DNA of 61,592 nucleotides, counting the filler. It is 6 parts of 6 records of this genome, joined end to end, with 100 filler letters (N's around TTAATTAATTAA, not from the genome) between each part and the next. Parts side by side here need not be neighbours in the genome. Positions count along the whole stretch, not along the records: positions 1 to 20,576 come from SRR2962707_5447; positions 20,677 to 26,591 come from SRR2962707_5448; positions 26,692 to 32,474 come from SRR2962707_5449; 3 more parts are not named here. One strand, written 5' to 3'. Below the pieces are notes generated by a model. That model was not told the DNA's origin. It saw nothing but the letters and a program-made list of their open reading frames with translations, and did not search any database. The translations under genes and the position numbers were made by a program. Shown here piece by piece: positions 19,704 through 31,789 of the stretch; position 1 is the stretch's first letter, and the number at the start of each line of letters is the position of its first letter.

Positions 19704-20576
19704 ATGACAATTTCCGACAACGCCACCTCGCAAACCAGTCTCGACGCCACAGCCGCAATGGCGCGGCGGACGCGGCGGTCAAACGCAATCGCGCGTTTTT
19801 CCTTCCTGGTTCCGGTGATCTATATCCTCCTGCTGATGTTGCCTATCTACTGGCTCATGAACATGAGCTTCAAGACCAACACCGAGATCCTCGGCGCGTT
19901 CTCGCTCTGGCCCCGCGACCCGACGATTGCCAATTACACCGTCATCTTTACCGACCCATCCTGGTACAAGGGCTACATCAATTCGATCATATATGTGGTG
20001 ATGAACATGGTGATCTCGGTCGGTGTGGCGCTGCCTGCGGCCTATGCCTTCTCGCGTTACCGGTTTCTTGGCGACAAGCACCTTTTCTTCTGGCTGCTGA
20101 CCAACCGTATGGCGCCGCCGGCGGTTTTCGCGCTGCCTTTTTTCCAGCTCTATTCCGCCTTCGGGCTGATCGACACGCACATTGCAGTGGCGCTGGCGCA
20201 TTGCCTGTTCAACGTGCCGCTGGCGATCTGGATTCTGGAAGGTTTCATGTCGGGCGTACCCAAGGAGATTGACGAGACGGCGTATATCGACGGCTATTCG
20301 TTCCCACGCTTCTTCATCAAGATATTCACTCCGCTGATCGCCAGCGGAATCGGCGTGGCAGCGTTCTTCTGCTTCATGTTCTCGTGGGTCGAGTTGCTCA
20401 TTGCCCGTACGCTGACTGTCACCGACGCAAAGCCGATTGCCGCCATCATGACCCGCACCGTCTCTGCCTCGGGCATGGACTGGGGCGTGCTGGCCGCAGC
20501 CGGTGTTCTGACCATCATTCCGGGTGCGCTCGTCATCTGGTTTGTCCGCAACTACATCGCCAAGGGCTTTGCCCTG
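19704..20576 (+). CDS. glpQ: Glycerol-type ABC transporter permease, truncated at contig end
   Basis: EIDETAYIDG loop, 6 TM, ends VRNYIAKGFAL at the gap. Confidence 0.85.
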
Positions 20577-20676
20577 NNNNNNNNNNNNNNNNNNNNNNNN
20601 NNNNNNNNNNNNNNNNNNNNTTAATTAATTAANNNNNNNNNNNNNNNNNNNNNNNNNNNNNNNNNNNNNNNNNNNN
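20577..20676. other. Artificial contig spacer
   Basis: N44-TTAATTAATTAA-N44; stops in all frames; identical at every junction. Confidence 0.99.
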
Positions 20677-20677
20677 T

Positions 20678-22993
20678 TCTTCCTCCTCTTCTTCCTCCTC
20701 TTCCTCTTCTTCTTCTGAGGAAGAGGACGGCTGGTCGAACGGCAGTGAGGATGAGCAGCTTGAAGGAGACTACACTGCCGACGAGTATGCCGACAGGCCA
20801 TTCGCGTTTCTCAAAGTGCTGTGCGCGCCCAACACCGGCGAAGGGGTCGCTGCGGCGCTGTGCGGCGCCTGCCGCAGCGGCAGCAGCGAGAAAGACGCTC
20901 CCAACCGCGTCCCAGTGCTGGAGTTCGACCACTCGACTCGGCAGGTGTGGCACAACTCCAGCGCCCGCGGGGTGCGAGCTCGAGGGTCGTGCGCGGAACG
21001 TGACGGCGCCGACTTCTTCACAGTGGCAGTGAGGATACGCGCGGAGCAGCGGGCGGCGCTGGCTGCGAGAGACGACGTGCTGCGGGTCTGCGAGTGCGTG
21101 TGCCCGTTCAACATTGCCCAGGTGGAGCGGAACCTGTTCGCGTCGAAGTCCGCAGACGAGCAGGAGGACGGCGAGCGGTTGCTGCAGGCGTACTTGGAGC
21201 ACCTGACGACCTGGCCAGAGTGCCCCCTGCTGAACAAATTTGCGCCGTTTGCGACGGCGGCGGAGGTCGTGAGAGTGCAGACTCGCCTGCTCGTGCGACG
21301 AGGCAAGTACATCGAGGCCCAGCGGTTTTTTCGGAGGTTTGTGGAGGGCGAGCTCATCCGGTGGGGTCCCTGTGAGACGCACGGCGGTCGTGGCGGTGGT
21401 GAGCACTTGTTTTTGAGGCCACCTCTTTCGGGCCAATTTGTGGAGACTGTGCTTGGCTACTTCACAGACGAAGGTTGGTCCTTAGACGCCCCGCAGCAGG
21501 CGACACCCGATGTCTCTGCTATTTTAGATGTCTACAATTGGCTGATTGCCGATGTCTTGGCTGACAACGACATTCTTCAACTCAAGCTGGTGCGTGTGGT
21601 GTTTGCCGGGCTTCAGCGACAACAAATAGGTCTTCCTGCAGACTCGATTTATTTCTGTGTGAAACGGATTTGTGTGCAGGTTGGATCGCTGTGCAAACAG
21701 CTTTTTTACCGTGGGTGGGTCAAACGAATTGCATGCATTTCGCAGTCCTGCGTTGACGCGAAAGATTCCCTATTGCACTTCATTGCTTTCGTCGACGGCA
21801 AACTCCGCGGCATCTTAACTCAAACGTGCAGCACCGCAGAGGCTGTCACGAATGTAAAGACTTTTGTTGCAAAATGCAAAGCGATGTGACGCGATATGAT
21901 TTGCTTGGCTGACCTATTGACTTGTGGTGCAGGAGGAACCTGCTTTTTACGCATTCGCACTTCGTGTAGCTCTCGCTTACCAAGACATGGACTTCGGATC
22001 GGTGAGGCGCCTCTCCCATAAAATGCGTGAAGTGATCACACTTTGCCCCAATGTCGACGCGCAAGCCAAAATAGAATTGTCAATCATAAGTGCAATGGCC
22101 TATGTGGAGGTGCGCAACATGCATTCTTATGTTGGGCGTATGGCTGATTATCGAAAATCTGCCAAACAGGGCGTGTGAGCCAACTGCTGCATTTTTCTTA
22201 CCCAATTCTGCCGCACGCTGCGTCTCGGACGGATCGTTGCCGGCTTTTCCTCGATTTGGCCTTTCAGGCGCAACTCTGGATTCCTGCAGCCCCGTGCTTT
22301 CTTGAGGCGGCTCGGCATGGGAAAGGTACCCGCTGTGTGCAAGCTGCTTACATGCTGGTGCGTTTTGGCTCAGAGTCCGGCGTGGAGGTTGGTCGGAATG
22401 GTATGCACGGTTGTAAATTCCATCATACTACGTGGAGGAGATCATGCTGTTTCGGGTTGGATGATCGGCAGGCTTACATAAACCTCATGCTCGGTTCCGA
22501 AACCGATAAAGATTTGCCTGCGATGCGCAAGGAGCGCTCGAAAGCGCGGTCTGGAGAACGTATTGCGGTGCAAAAGCTCTTGCGGGAAGGCTGTCAAGCA
22601 GTGAGGCCATTGGCAGCCCTTCATGACGCGTTTGTGGCTCACGATCGCGTCACGTTCGAGAAGGTCTTCAAAGCCATCGTCACTTCGGAGCCTCATACCG
22701 CTCTGAAGCATGATATGCAGCATTTGGCTACGAAAGAATCATCACGTTTGCGTCCAGCCACTCTCCTTGATGTTATGGTGGAGAAAATCTTCGACCGGTT
22801 CTTTGCAGAAATCCTCCGGGAGTACGTATTGTGCCGCATCATTTTTGTTTTGCAGGACTGGCTTATTTGCGCTTGGGTTACCAAGTCCTCTGTGCCCTGC
22901 GAATCTGAAGGTACCTGGAAGCATTTGATTCGATCCCCCTTGCCGAAGTCACGGCTTGGATTGGACTTGGGTCAGACAAGGTGGAAACCTTGA
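20678..22993 (+). CDS. Eukaryotic multi-exon hypothetical protein, 5' partial; exon boundaries unresolved
   Basis: Frame open from the contig start (poly-Ser then EEEDGWSNGSEDEQ...) into ORF 20816-21889, followed by same-strand ORF pieces 21924-22178 and 22175-22993 with GT..AG candidates. Confidence 0.5.
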
Positions 22994-23479
22994 TTCAAGA
23001 TCTCGTGCGATGTGGGCGATCGCCGGGGCGGTTGGACGCGGTTGCGAGAATGTGCGGAGCGTTTTTCGTTTCGTAACGCACTGATTTCTTTTTTTGTATT
23101 GCCGTGCGAGATCGTTTGCAATCAGAGGTTTCGATTTGACTTGTCATAGGTTTCGCAGGAGCCGACGCCCGAAAAAACTACCGATTGGCCACATCAACGT
23201 CGGGACGCTTGTCGCCACAATGCAGGAGGTTCGTGGTCGTCTTCCCAACTTTTGCATCTCGTTCAGCGAGATGTTGCTAAAAACACTTGCTGTTGCAGGC
23301 TGCTTGGGCCTTTCTTGATCCTCAAGACGAAGAATCATCAAGGTTCACAAAATGTCGACTTCACGATATGGATGTGTTTCTGGGACATTCGTAGCGGTGA
23401 AGAAAACTTGTGTAAAGCAAATACATGTAAATGTATTTTGTGGATAGCATTGATATAAGATAAGACACAAGATGGTGGG

Positions 23480-25922
23480 TCATATGGTGGCTCGGTTAGA
23501 ACCTGTTGTTTCAGTGGCAATTTTGATCCCCGACTTTTCGCCAGCTTTGGGGGGTCCTCGAACGCGACGTCGTCTGCGCGATGTTGCCGCCTTTCCTTCC
23601 TCGGCAATTCCAGTTGCTGTTGGCTCTTCAACCGTGTTCTGGGATTCTTTCGGATCAACCACCACAATTGGTTTGGTTGACATGCGGGTTCGCCCTCCTG
23701 CGACTGGTTTTCTGTCATCTTGAGGACTGGCAGTCATGCCCATGCCTGCTCGACCTGGACTTGGTTCATGACTTGGACTACATACCGCATTCGTTTGAAC
23801 AAAAAAAGAAGTCGGAACTGCAGCGCATCGCTTTGCTTCATGCCAAAATTGCACGACAGAAACGGTGAGCTCAGACACTGTCAACCCATGCATCTTCTTA
23901 CCCAGTTCCAGAATGAGCGCCTTCAACTGCGCGGCCTTCTTCCACATTCGCTTCACTGTCAACCTCCACCGGCTCGATTTTGTCTCGCGTGTCGTTCAAT
24001 ACGAATATGGCAATAAAAATTGCAAGGGCAATGAAAACGAACAACAAGCACAATATCAGCGTCACCAGCGCCCACAATGGAATCGCATTCGGATCTGGCG
24101 TTGTCGTGGTGAATGGAGGCGCGAAGCTAGCACTGATGCAAGATTCAAGATCCGGGCTGAGAACAAAGGAAGGACCGCAAAGATTGCAGATGCTACGCCC
24201 CCCATTGTTGTCAGGCAAAGTATACTCATCGTTCCCGCATTGTGAGCACGTGCTTGCTCCGTCCCCGTCCGAGAAGCGTCCTGCAGGGCATGCACTGCAT
24301 GCCGCAAGGGCATGTGGCCATTCTCCCGCAAACGCGCCTGCATCAGTGTAGCCGAAGTTTGTCGCAGCACTGACGGTGCTTGGATAATTGGAGAAGAACC
24401 CAATGGAGCAGAGAGGGCAACTTTCGTTCAATCCTGTCTCGTTTGAGAATGAACCTGTCGGGCAAGGAGTGCAGCTTGATTTTCCCAAGTCTGCGTTGAA
24501 TGTCCCACGAGGGCACAACTGACACTCGAATTCCCCCGGGCCAGCACTCAAAGTACCACGTGGGCAATGGCTGCACTCAGAACTCCCATTGTCAGCTGCA
24601 AACAATCCCGGGGCGCAGGGCATGCATTCTGAAGATCCCGTTTCGTTTGCGAAAGTACCAGAATCGCACGGTTCGCATGCCGAAGCGTTGGAATCAGCGG
24701 CAAAATGGCCAATTGCACATGCTTCGCACACGGAGGTCGAAGATTCACTGGCAGCGCCCACAAAAAATCCCGAACGGCACGCTAGGCAAGCACTTGAAGC
24801 ACTTCCAAACTCAGATCTCGATCCCGGCGGGCAGCCGATACACGACGTCATCCCACGTGTGCCTTGATACTCGCCGACACTGCAATCAGTGCATTCGCTT
24901 GCAGCCGCAGCGGCTGCAAAAGCACCTGCCGGGCAAAGCTGGCACTCGGAAACATTTGCTCCGGGCTCACTATACATTCCAGGGACGCAGTCCAAACAAT
25001 GCGTTTGCGCAGTGGCGTTTTGATACTGTCCTGGCCCACAGCCCGAGCAGCCATCGGCTTCCATGAACGATGCAGAAAATAAGCCTTGCGCACATTCTTG
25101 GCACTGAGTGAGCCCTGCGTCGGACGCAAAGTACCCTGGCACACATCGTTTGCACTGCGAAGTTCCACTGGCGTTTCCTGAGCTGGCGCGCCCGCGTGGA
25201 CACATTTCGCAAGAGCTAGCATTTCCCGTGGACGAGAACTTCCCCGATGCACAGGCCGTGCAGGTACTTGTACCTGGGAAAGCAGCGAAATATCCAGCAA
25301 AACATGCGCTGCATGCCGTGACACCAGAAGCCCCTTCGGTCGCGGAGCCAGGTCGACACGCAGTGCACGCGTCGTTGAAGCTGGAAGAGCCGGTAGACAC
25401 TCCAAAGTAGCCACTGCTGCACGGCGTGCAGGCAGATGTCTGTGCTGCAGTTGAATAGCGGCCGGCTGGGCAATTTTCGCAGGCCGTCGTCCCAGATGAC
25501 GAGTACTGACCAGGCGAGCAGGCAACACACTTGCTCAGTCCGGAGCCTGTGTTGTACTGCCCGCCAGGGCAATCAGTGCAAACACTCTGGTGCTTCTCCG
25601 CAAACGTTCCTTCTGCACAGGATTGGCACTCGGAGACGCCGCTGGTATCCGAGCTGAAGTGCCCTTCCTGGCACTGAATGCACACGGAGACGCCCGGCTG
25701 AGACGAGAATTCTCCCACGGGACAGGCCGCGCATTCTGTTACCGCGGTGCTGCGGTAGCGCCCAGGTTGACAATCTTCGCACACAAGAGCGGCGTTGCAT
25801 GTGGTCCCACTAGGACAGTCTGCGGTCGTGGTACATCCAGCCGCAAGCACTCCAGCCCTGCCGTAGAGCGCTACGAGCACCACAGCACAAGTGGAAACTA
25901 GCCGACTGCACATTGACACCAT
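23480..25922 (-). CDS. Type I membrane protein with tandem Cys-rich GCC2/GCC3 (ephrin-receptor-like) repeats; 2 exons (25922-23902, 23777-23480)
   Basis: Signal peptide, many CxxCxxGxY/F repeats, TM LWALVTLILCLLFVFIALAIFIAIFVL; GTAAGA..TAG intron 23901-23778 restores frame into ORF 23480-23962. Confidence 0.8.
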
Positions 25923-26389
25923 GATGGGCAAGATCGCCAATGGATGAACAGGAAACGGAAAGCGCCCAGCTTCGATGTTCAGCCTAGTTTTCGCTTCCCG
26001 CCATCTTGTCGCGTTCTGGGCACCCACACACACACGCACGAACACACTATAACGTCCAGCCTTGAGGCATTTGTCGACAGCGACACCGGCAAAAAGAAAA
26101 AACCACACACGAAATGCTCACAACAGATACTGAGGAAAGGACAGGCAGCGCCAGCTGTCGCCAACGCCACCAGTCAGAGCTGCGTGTCTGTGTATCGGTG
26201 TAGAATATGGGCAATTGTTGCAGGTCCGTCGCTGCTCCGAAACTGGGTGAGTGTTCGAGTGGGTGAGTGCGCGCGCGCGCTGAGTGAGCGCGAGTTTGCA
26301 GCTGTGTGTGCTGCATGCTTGAATTGTGAAGTGCTTGTGTGCGTTGTGAGTGAGCGAGTGAGAGCGGTGTGCCGTTTTCCTTTTGACAT

Positions 26390-26591
26390 GTGAGCAAGTG
26401 TGTTGTGTGCGTGTGGTTCGTGTCTAACGACTGCTTGTGCTTTTGCTTGTGCGCGTGCGTGTGTGTGTGCGAGTGCGTTTGCGTGTGCCTGTGCTTGTGC
26501 ATGTGGTCCCTTTCTGAGTTCGTGCGTGAGCGAGGGAGTGAGTTAATAAGTGAGCGAGGGAGTCGTGAGTTCGTGAGTTCGTGAGTGAGTG
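26390..26591. repeat. GT/GA-rich low-complexity microsatellite-like tract
   Basis: Runs of GTGT, GTGAG and GTGAGTTC at the contig end. Confidence 0.7.
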
Positions 26592-26691
26592 NNNNNNNNN
26601 NNNNNNNNNNNNNNNNNNNNNNNNNNNNNNNNNNNTTAATTAATTAANNNNNNNNNNNNNNNNNNNNNNNNNNNNNNNNNNNNNNNNNNNN
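26592..26691. other. Artificial contig spacer
   Basis: N-TTAATTAATTAA-N. Confidence 0.99.
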
Positions 26692-26721
26692 GCGGGTAAC
26701 AAATTGTTATCCCGCCTTTTT
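26692..26721. terminator. Intrinsic terminator hairpin
   Basis: GCGGG-TAACAA-A-TTGTTA-T-CCCGC followed by CTTTTT; lies just past the stop of the minus-strand DsbA gene. Confidence 0.65.
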
Positions 26722-26740
26722 GTCTTGCCAACTAGAAGCG

Positions 26741-27394
26741 TTAAACGGGCATTTCTTCCTGTCGCGCAAGCCGGATCATCCGTTGTAAAATATCAGGTTC
26801 CTGTGCGCCTGAAAGAGCGTGACGGCTGTTAAACAGGAAACAGGGAACCCCGGTCACACCCATTTGATGGGCTACACGGTTTTCTTGACCGACAAATTCG
26901 CGGTCCATATCACCCGCCAGATACTCCAAAGTTTCCGTACGGTCGCTACCATGGCGCACGGCAATTTCAGCCAACAGCTCATGGTCGCCAATGTCTTGCC
27001 CTTCAAGAAAATAGGCAACAAACAGGTCTTCAACCAACGCATTACCGACAGACGGACGTTCCGCACAAACCTTGTAGATCAGACGATGAGAGTCCGTTGA
27101 ATCCGGTGTGACTTTGATATCTTCAAAGTTGAAATCAATACCAACAGCAGCACCTGCATCTTCAATCGCCTTGTAAACCCGGGTTGCACTGTCAGCCCCG
27201 CCAAATTTCGCCGACAGATACAGTTTGCGGTCTATGCCACCGCTGGGCATGTCCGGGTTCAGCAGGAAAGGGCGCCAATTAATGATCAGATTGTCGAGTT
27301 TCTCACGCGACAATGCCTTTTCCAGACGCTTCTTCCCGATGTAGCACCATGGGCAAATCGTATCGACAATTGCTTCGATCCGGATGGGTGTCAT
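26741..27394 (-). CDS. DsbA-family (FrnE-like) oxidoreductase; start may extend to 27439
   Basis: DTICPWCYIGKKRL, WRPFLLNP, GVTGVPCF, SGAQ. Confidence 0.92.
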   Translation of the reverse strand: MTPIRIEAIVDTICPWCYIGKKRLEKALSREKLDNLIINWRPFLLNPDMPSGGIDRKLYLSAKFGGADSATRVYKAIEDAGAAVGIDFNFEDIKVTPDSTDSHRLIYKVCAERPSVGNALVEDLFVAYFLEGQDIGDHELLAEIAVRHGSDRTETLEYLAGDMDREFVGQENRVAHQMGVTGVPCFLFNSRHALSGAQEPDILQRMIRLARQEEMPV

Positions 27395-27431
27395 TGATGT
27401 TTCGCTTTGTCCGACCTGCCAGTTCACGACG

Positions 27432-28655
27432 TTATCCATTCAAGAAAGAGGTACCTGTTCCAAGCGGTGCAATCCCCAGGTGATCGGCTACTGTTTGCCC
27501 GATATCGGCAAAGGTTTCACGCATCCCCAACGGGCCGGGTGCGATTGCCGGACCAAATGCCAAGATCGGCACAAACTCACGGGTATGATCATTGCCCCGC
27601 CAAGATGGATCACAGCCATGGTCAGCAGTAATGATCACCAGATCACCTGGTTTCAGCACAGCACGAAGTTCCGGGATACGTCTATCAAACTCTTCAAGCG
27701 CGTTTGCATAGCCCGGAACGTCACGACGGTGACCGAATTCCATATCGAAGTCCACCAGGTTGGTGAACACAATACTGTTATCGGGTGCCTCGGCAATTTC
27801 GGTCATCATGGCATCAAAAAGCGCCATATTGCCCGATGCTTTGACCTTTTTCGAAATGCCACGATGGGCATAGATGTCTGCGATCTTGCCAACCGAAATC
27901 ACCTTGCCACCCGTATCACTAAATTGTTCAAGCAGGGTCGGCTTGTGTGGCGGTACTGCGATATCACGACGGTTGGAAGTCCGTTTGAAATCAACCGGGC
28001 TTTCGCCAATGAACGGGCGGGCAATGACGCGGCCGATGTTATACGGCGCTACCAATTTGAACGCGATCTCGCAGACCTCATAAAGGCGGTCCAGACCAAA
28101 ATGCTCTTCATGGGCGGCAATCTGAAACACACTATCGGCCGAGGTATAGCAAATCGGCATTCCGGTCTTGATATGTTCCTGCCCGAGTTCAGCAATGATG
28201 TTGGTACCTGACGCGTGGCAGTTACCCAATATACCCGGCAGTTTTGCCTGTTTGATCAGCTCATCCGTCAGCTCAACCGGGAATGTCGGAACGGTCAGCG
28301 GAAAATAGCCCCAGTCGAAATCAACGGGGACACCGGCAATCTCCCAATGGCCACTTGGGGTATCTTTGCCGCGCGACAGTTCCTTGGCATGACCAAAGGC
28401 ACCAATAATTGCACCACCATGATCCAGTCCCGGTGGAACGCGGCCTGTCGCATCTTTGGCTGCTTCGCCCAGACCAAGTGCCACCATATTGGGAACATTC
28501 AACTCGCCGCTGCGCTGATCACTATCGGCAATTCCATTGGCGCAATGTTCTGCAATATGACCAAGGGTATCTGAACCCTGATCACCGAACTTCGATGCGT
28601 CCGGTGCAGAACCAATTCCGAAACTGTCTGCTACAATGATGATGGCACGTGCCAT
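27432..28655 (-). CDS. deoB: Phosphopentomutase
   Basis: [57 protein letters not shown]. Confidence 0.97.
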   Translation of the reverse strand: MARAIIIVADSFGIGSAPDASKFGDQGSDTLGHIAEHCANGIADSDQRSGELNVPNMVALGLGEAAKDATGRVPPGLDHGGAIIGAFGHAKELSRGKDTPSGHWEIAGVPVDFDWGYFPLTVPTFPVELTDELIKQAKLPGILGNCHASGTNIIAELGQEHIKTGMPICYTSADSVFQIAAHEEHFGLDRLYEVCEIAFKLVAPYNIGRVIARPFIGESPVDFKRTSNRRDIAVPPHKPTLLEQFSDTGGKVISVGKIADIYAHRGISKKVKASGNMALFDAMMTEIAEAPDNSIVFTNLVDFDMEFGHRRDVPGYANALEEFDRRIPELRAVLKPGDLVIITADHGCDPSWRGNDHTREFVPILAFGPAIAPGPLGMRETFADIGQTVADHLGIAPLGTGTSFLNG

Positions 28656-28714
28656 TGATGTTTTCCTTCAAGCCTGATCTGGCGAATATCTTATCTCGCA
28701 GATAGTCAGTTTTT

Positions 28715-29548
28715 CTAATAGTTGCCAGTCGCAGCAGGTGCATCCCCCGAATTGACGCCACAAGTCGCAAGAAGGGCCGTTAAAACGCCACTTGCCCCAA
28801 AGCGGAAGGTTTCCGGCTTGGCCCAACCATCACCCATAATGCTATCGGCAATTGCAATATAAAGGGCGGCATCTTCGGTGGTTTTAACCCCGCCAGATGC
28901 CTTGAACCCGGCATCAATGCCATCTTCATCACGGGCATCACGAATTGCGTTTAACATGGCAACAGCCGTTTCCGGTGTCGCACCGACCGGTACTTTCCCG
29001 GTAGATGTTTTTACAAAATTCGCACCATGCTTGATCGCAAGGCGGGCTGCTTCGTACACCTTGGTCAGGTCGTCAAATTCGCCACTTTCAAGAATGACTT
29101 TCATCGTCGTCATCGGACCGCAAGCCATTCTGGTTGCATCGACAACTTCAGCTGCAATCGCGCTGTCACCGTTCAGGAACGCTTTGTATGGGAAAACCAG
29201 ATCAATTTCGTCTGCGCCCTTGGCAACGCAGTCAGCGGTTTCATCCCCGACACGCTGCGCATTGGTTCCGCCTTCGGGGAAGTTCACAACCGTGGCAGTT
29301 TTAACACCGCATTGACCCAACGTGCGCCAAGATGTTTCGACAAACGGGGCATAGACGCAAACAGCAGCAGTATTTCCCGCAGGGGTTTGGGCACGCTTGC
29401 AAAGAGCTTCGATGACTTCTGGCGTGTCATCGTCATTCAGACTGGTCAGGTCCAGAACGGAAATGGCACGACGCGCAGTATCGGCGTCGGCCACTGCCTT
29501 TTGTTGGGCAGCAGCAATTACGTCAGAAACGGTTTTCGGGTCGAACAT
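28715..29548 (-). CDS. deoC: Deoxyribose-phosphate aldolase
   Basis: LDLTSL, GADEIDLV, KVILESG, FVKTSTGK, GFKASGGV, FRFGASG. Confidence 0.96.
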   Translation of the reverse strand: MFDPKTVSDVIAAAQQKAVADADTARRAISVLDLTSLNDDDTPEVIEALCKRAQTPAGNTAAVCVYAPFVETSWRTLGQCGVKTATVVNFPEGGTNAQRVGDETADCVAKGADEIDLVFPYKAFLNGDSAIAAEVVDATRMACGPMTTMKVILESGEFDDLTKVYEAARLAIKHGANFVKTSTGKVPVGATPETAVAMLNAIRDARDEDGIDAGFKASGGVKTTEDAALYIAIADSIMGDGWAKPETFRFGASGVLTALLATCGVNSGDAPAATGNY

Positions 29549-29785
29549 CAATGCATCCTAGCAACGCGTCGTGCGCGGTTATTTTGGTAAACGCCGGTAT
29601 CTTATATCGATGCATAACATAGCGGCGAAAGTCGGCTTCAAGACCACAGCTGATCTTGAAAATAAAGACGGATCAATCAACAGCCAAGAAGGTACCCAAC
29701 CTTGACACGGCAATCAATCAATCCGTCCTAAAACACAGTTTCAATCAGAACAGGAAAAACCGGCTCCGAACACTGGAAAGCAAAG

Positions 29786-30925
29786 TTATTTCGACAACAA
29801 TAGCTGTCCTTCACGTCCTGCGATCGGTTTGTCACCTGCAACAGAGCACAGATACCCCCCCGGCACGATCAAGCGCGTTCCAAGTCGGGAATACAGCACA
29901 CCATCAACACTGCTTGAAAACACGGTCTTTTCACCGGTTTCGCAATCAAGCACATATCCAAGTTCTTGGCCTGCTTTGACCTTGGCGCCGGCTTGGGCAC
30001 CAAACACAACCATACCGCCATGTGGCGCCATCACGCGCTCAACACCTGAAAGCGGGGTTGCCTCACATTTTGCTTCGGGCAGGGGGCCGGGATCACCCGA
30101 AATCAACCCGCGGCGCTGCAGAAACTTGAACATATTTGCTGCATCTGGAATGGCATATTCATCATAAACATCACGGTCACCGCGCAATTCAATGGTGGTG
30201 GCTAAGGTCGCCATCGGGATCGGAAATTTGTCGCCATACGCACGGCGGAGCTCGACCCAAGGACGGCTAAACGCCTCGTCAAACGGGTTGTCCCCACTGA
30301 TTTCGGCGATCAGACTGCATTCCGAGCCGATTTGTGCGGACAGATCCGCTGCATCTGGCCAGTTATGATCGCTGATGTAAAGATGCATCGGGGCTTCCCA
30401 ATCACAATGCAGATCCATCACATAATCAGCATCAATCGCAAGTTCCGCCAAGGTAAGACGAAGGTCCTGCAGATCGGTCAACGGGCTTACTTCCTTGCGA
30501 TGTTCCACAATGAGGCGCCGCAATTCAGCACGGATCAGTTTGACATTTTCGTCCGGGTTTTGCCCAAGTTTTCCGTCAACAGCGTCGATCAACGCACCAC
30601 TTAGATCGGGGTAGTGCCGGTTGAAATTCTGACCACTGCGCATCTCAAACCGGCCAAGCGGTTTCATATCGACATATTGCGTAAAACCAATCGGGTTGGC
30701 GAACGGCACGACGACAATCTCGCCGGTGATTTCACCCTTTTCGTCAGATTCTTTTAAAAGTGCTTCAAGATGATGCAGTGTGATGACGCCCGGAAGCTCA
30801 TCGGCGTGCAAGGCAGCCTGGAAATACGCTTTTGGACCTGAACCGGCTTTGCCATAACGGCGAACCGTTAATGCGCGGGATGTGCCCATCTGGGGACGAA
30901 GGAGTTCGATGCGTTCTTCTTGCAT
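29786..30925 (-). CDS. Succinylglutamate desuccinylase/aspartoacylase (M14) family hydrolase
   Basis: QAALHADE, ANPIG, NFNR, DLHCD, TIELRG and a C-terminal biotinyl-like domain; start at ATG30925 after AGGA. Confidence 0.88.
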   Translation of the reverse strand: MQEERIELLRPQMGTSRALTVRRYGKAGSGPKAYFQAALHADELPGVITLHHLEALLKESDEKGEITGEIVVVPFANPIGFTQYVDMKPLGRFEMRSGQNFNRHYPDLSGALIDAVDGKLGQNPDENVKLIRAELRRLIVEHRKEVSPLTDLQDLRLTLAELAIDADYVMDLHCDWEAPMHLYISDHNWPDAADLSAQIGSECSLIAEISGDNPFDEAFSRPWVELRRAYGDKFPIPMATLATTIELRGDRDVYDEYAIPDAANMFKFLQRRGLISGDPGPLPEAKCEATPLSGVERVMAPHGGMVVFGAQAGAKVKAGQELGYVLDCETGEKTVFSSSVDGVLYSRLGTRLIVPGGYLCSVAGDKPIAGREGQLLLSK

Positions 30926-31042
30926 GGTGGTATCCTGGAAAGTGGTGGCGTGGGGCAAAGAAGCCCGGCTGGATCAAAGCATGTCGCAACAGTTTTGCGG
31001 ATGCCTATCGCCAAGATACCGGGCTGCTTTCGTATTCTAGTC

Positions 31043-31786
31043 TTATGCGGAGGCTGGTTTGGCAGCCCCTGGCGCTTTGTCTTTACGGCGTTCGTTCCGG
31101 CGCAAATAACGCTCAACACTCTTAAAGCCGAATGTCAGGGTATAGACGATGATCAAATAGATCACGCCGGCAGAAATAAACGCTTCATAGGGCAGGGCCG
31201 TTCGCGCGACAATTTTGCGCGCTGCACCGGTCAATTCCATCATGGTGACGGTAGATGCGAGCGAGGTGGCCTTAAGCGTAAAGATCACATCATTGGTGTA
31301 AGCGGGCCAGATCATTTGCCACATCCGTGGGAAAATGATGCGGCGATATGTCGTCCATGATGACATGCCGCAAGCACGTGCAGCTTCCAACTCGCCACTC
31401 GGCACGTTCTGAATCCCACCACGCATGATTTCTGCAACATAGGCGGCCGTGTTCAAAACAAAGGTCAGCAGGCAATACCAATAAGGATTGCGCAAATAGA
31501 CCCAGCTCCAGTGGTCCTGAATGCCATCAATGTTCGAGACGAGCTGACCGACGCCATAATACATCATGAACAGCTGACCGATCAGCGGCGTGCCTCGGAA
31601 AACATAGATGAATGTAAACGGAACAGCCTGTATCCAGACTTTTTTGGAAACACGTGCTACCGCAAGCGGGATCGCAAGCAGCGTGCCGAATGTTACTGAA
31701 ATGACCAGTAATTCAGCCGTAAGCAAAAAACCCTGCCAAAGCCACCCATCATATTTCCCAAGAACGTATATCAGATCTTCAAACAT
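31043..31786 (-). CDS. Polar amino acid ABC transporter permease (HisM-like)
   Basis: FRGTPL, LNTAAYVAEIMRGG, GELEAARACGMS, LKATSLAS. Confidence 0.93.
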   Translation of the reverse strand: MFEDLIYVLGKYDGWLWQGFLLTAELLVISVTFGTLLAIPLAVARVSKKVWIQAVPFTFIYVFRGTPLIGQLFMMYYGVGQLVSNIDGIQDHWSWVYLRNPYWYCLLTFVLNTAAYVAEIMRGGIQNVPSGELEAARACGMSSWTTYRRIIFPRMWQMIWPAYTNDVIFTLKATSLASTVTMMELTGAARKIVARTALPYEAFISAGVIYLIIVYTLTFGFKSVERYLRRNERRKDKAPGAAKPASA

Positions 31787-31789
31787 CTC

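Noticed and set aside
24200-25850. Periodic sequence as a possible CRISPR array or DNA tandem repeat
   Set aside because: Periodicity is at the protein level (Cys-rich repeats). No identical direct repeats with spacers and no cas genes were seen anywhere in the window.
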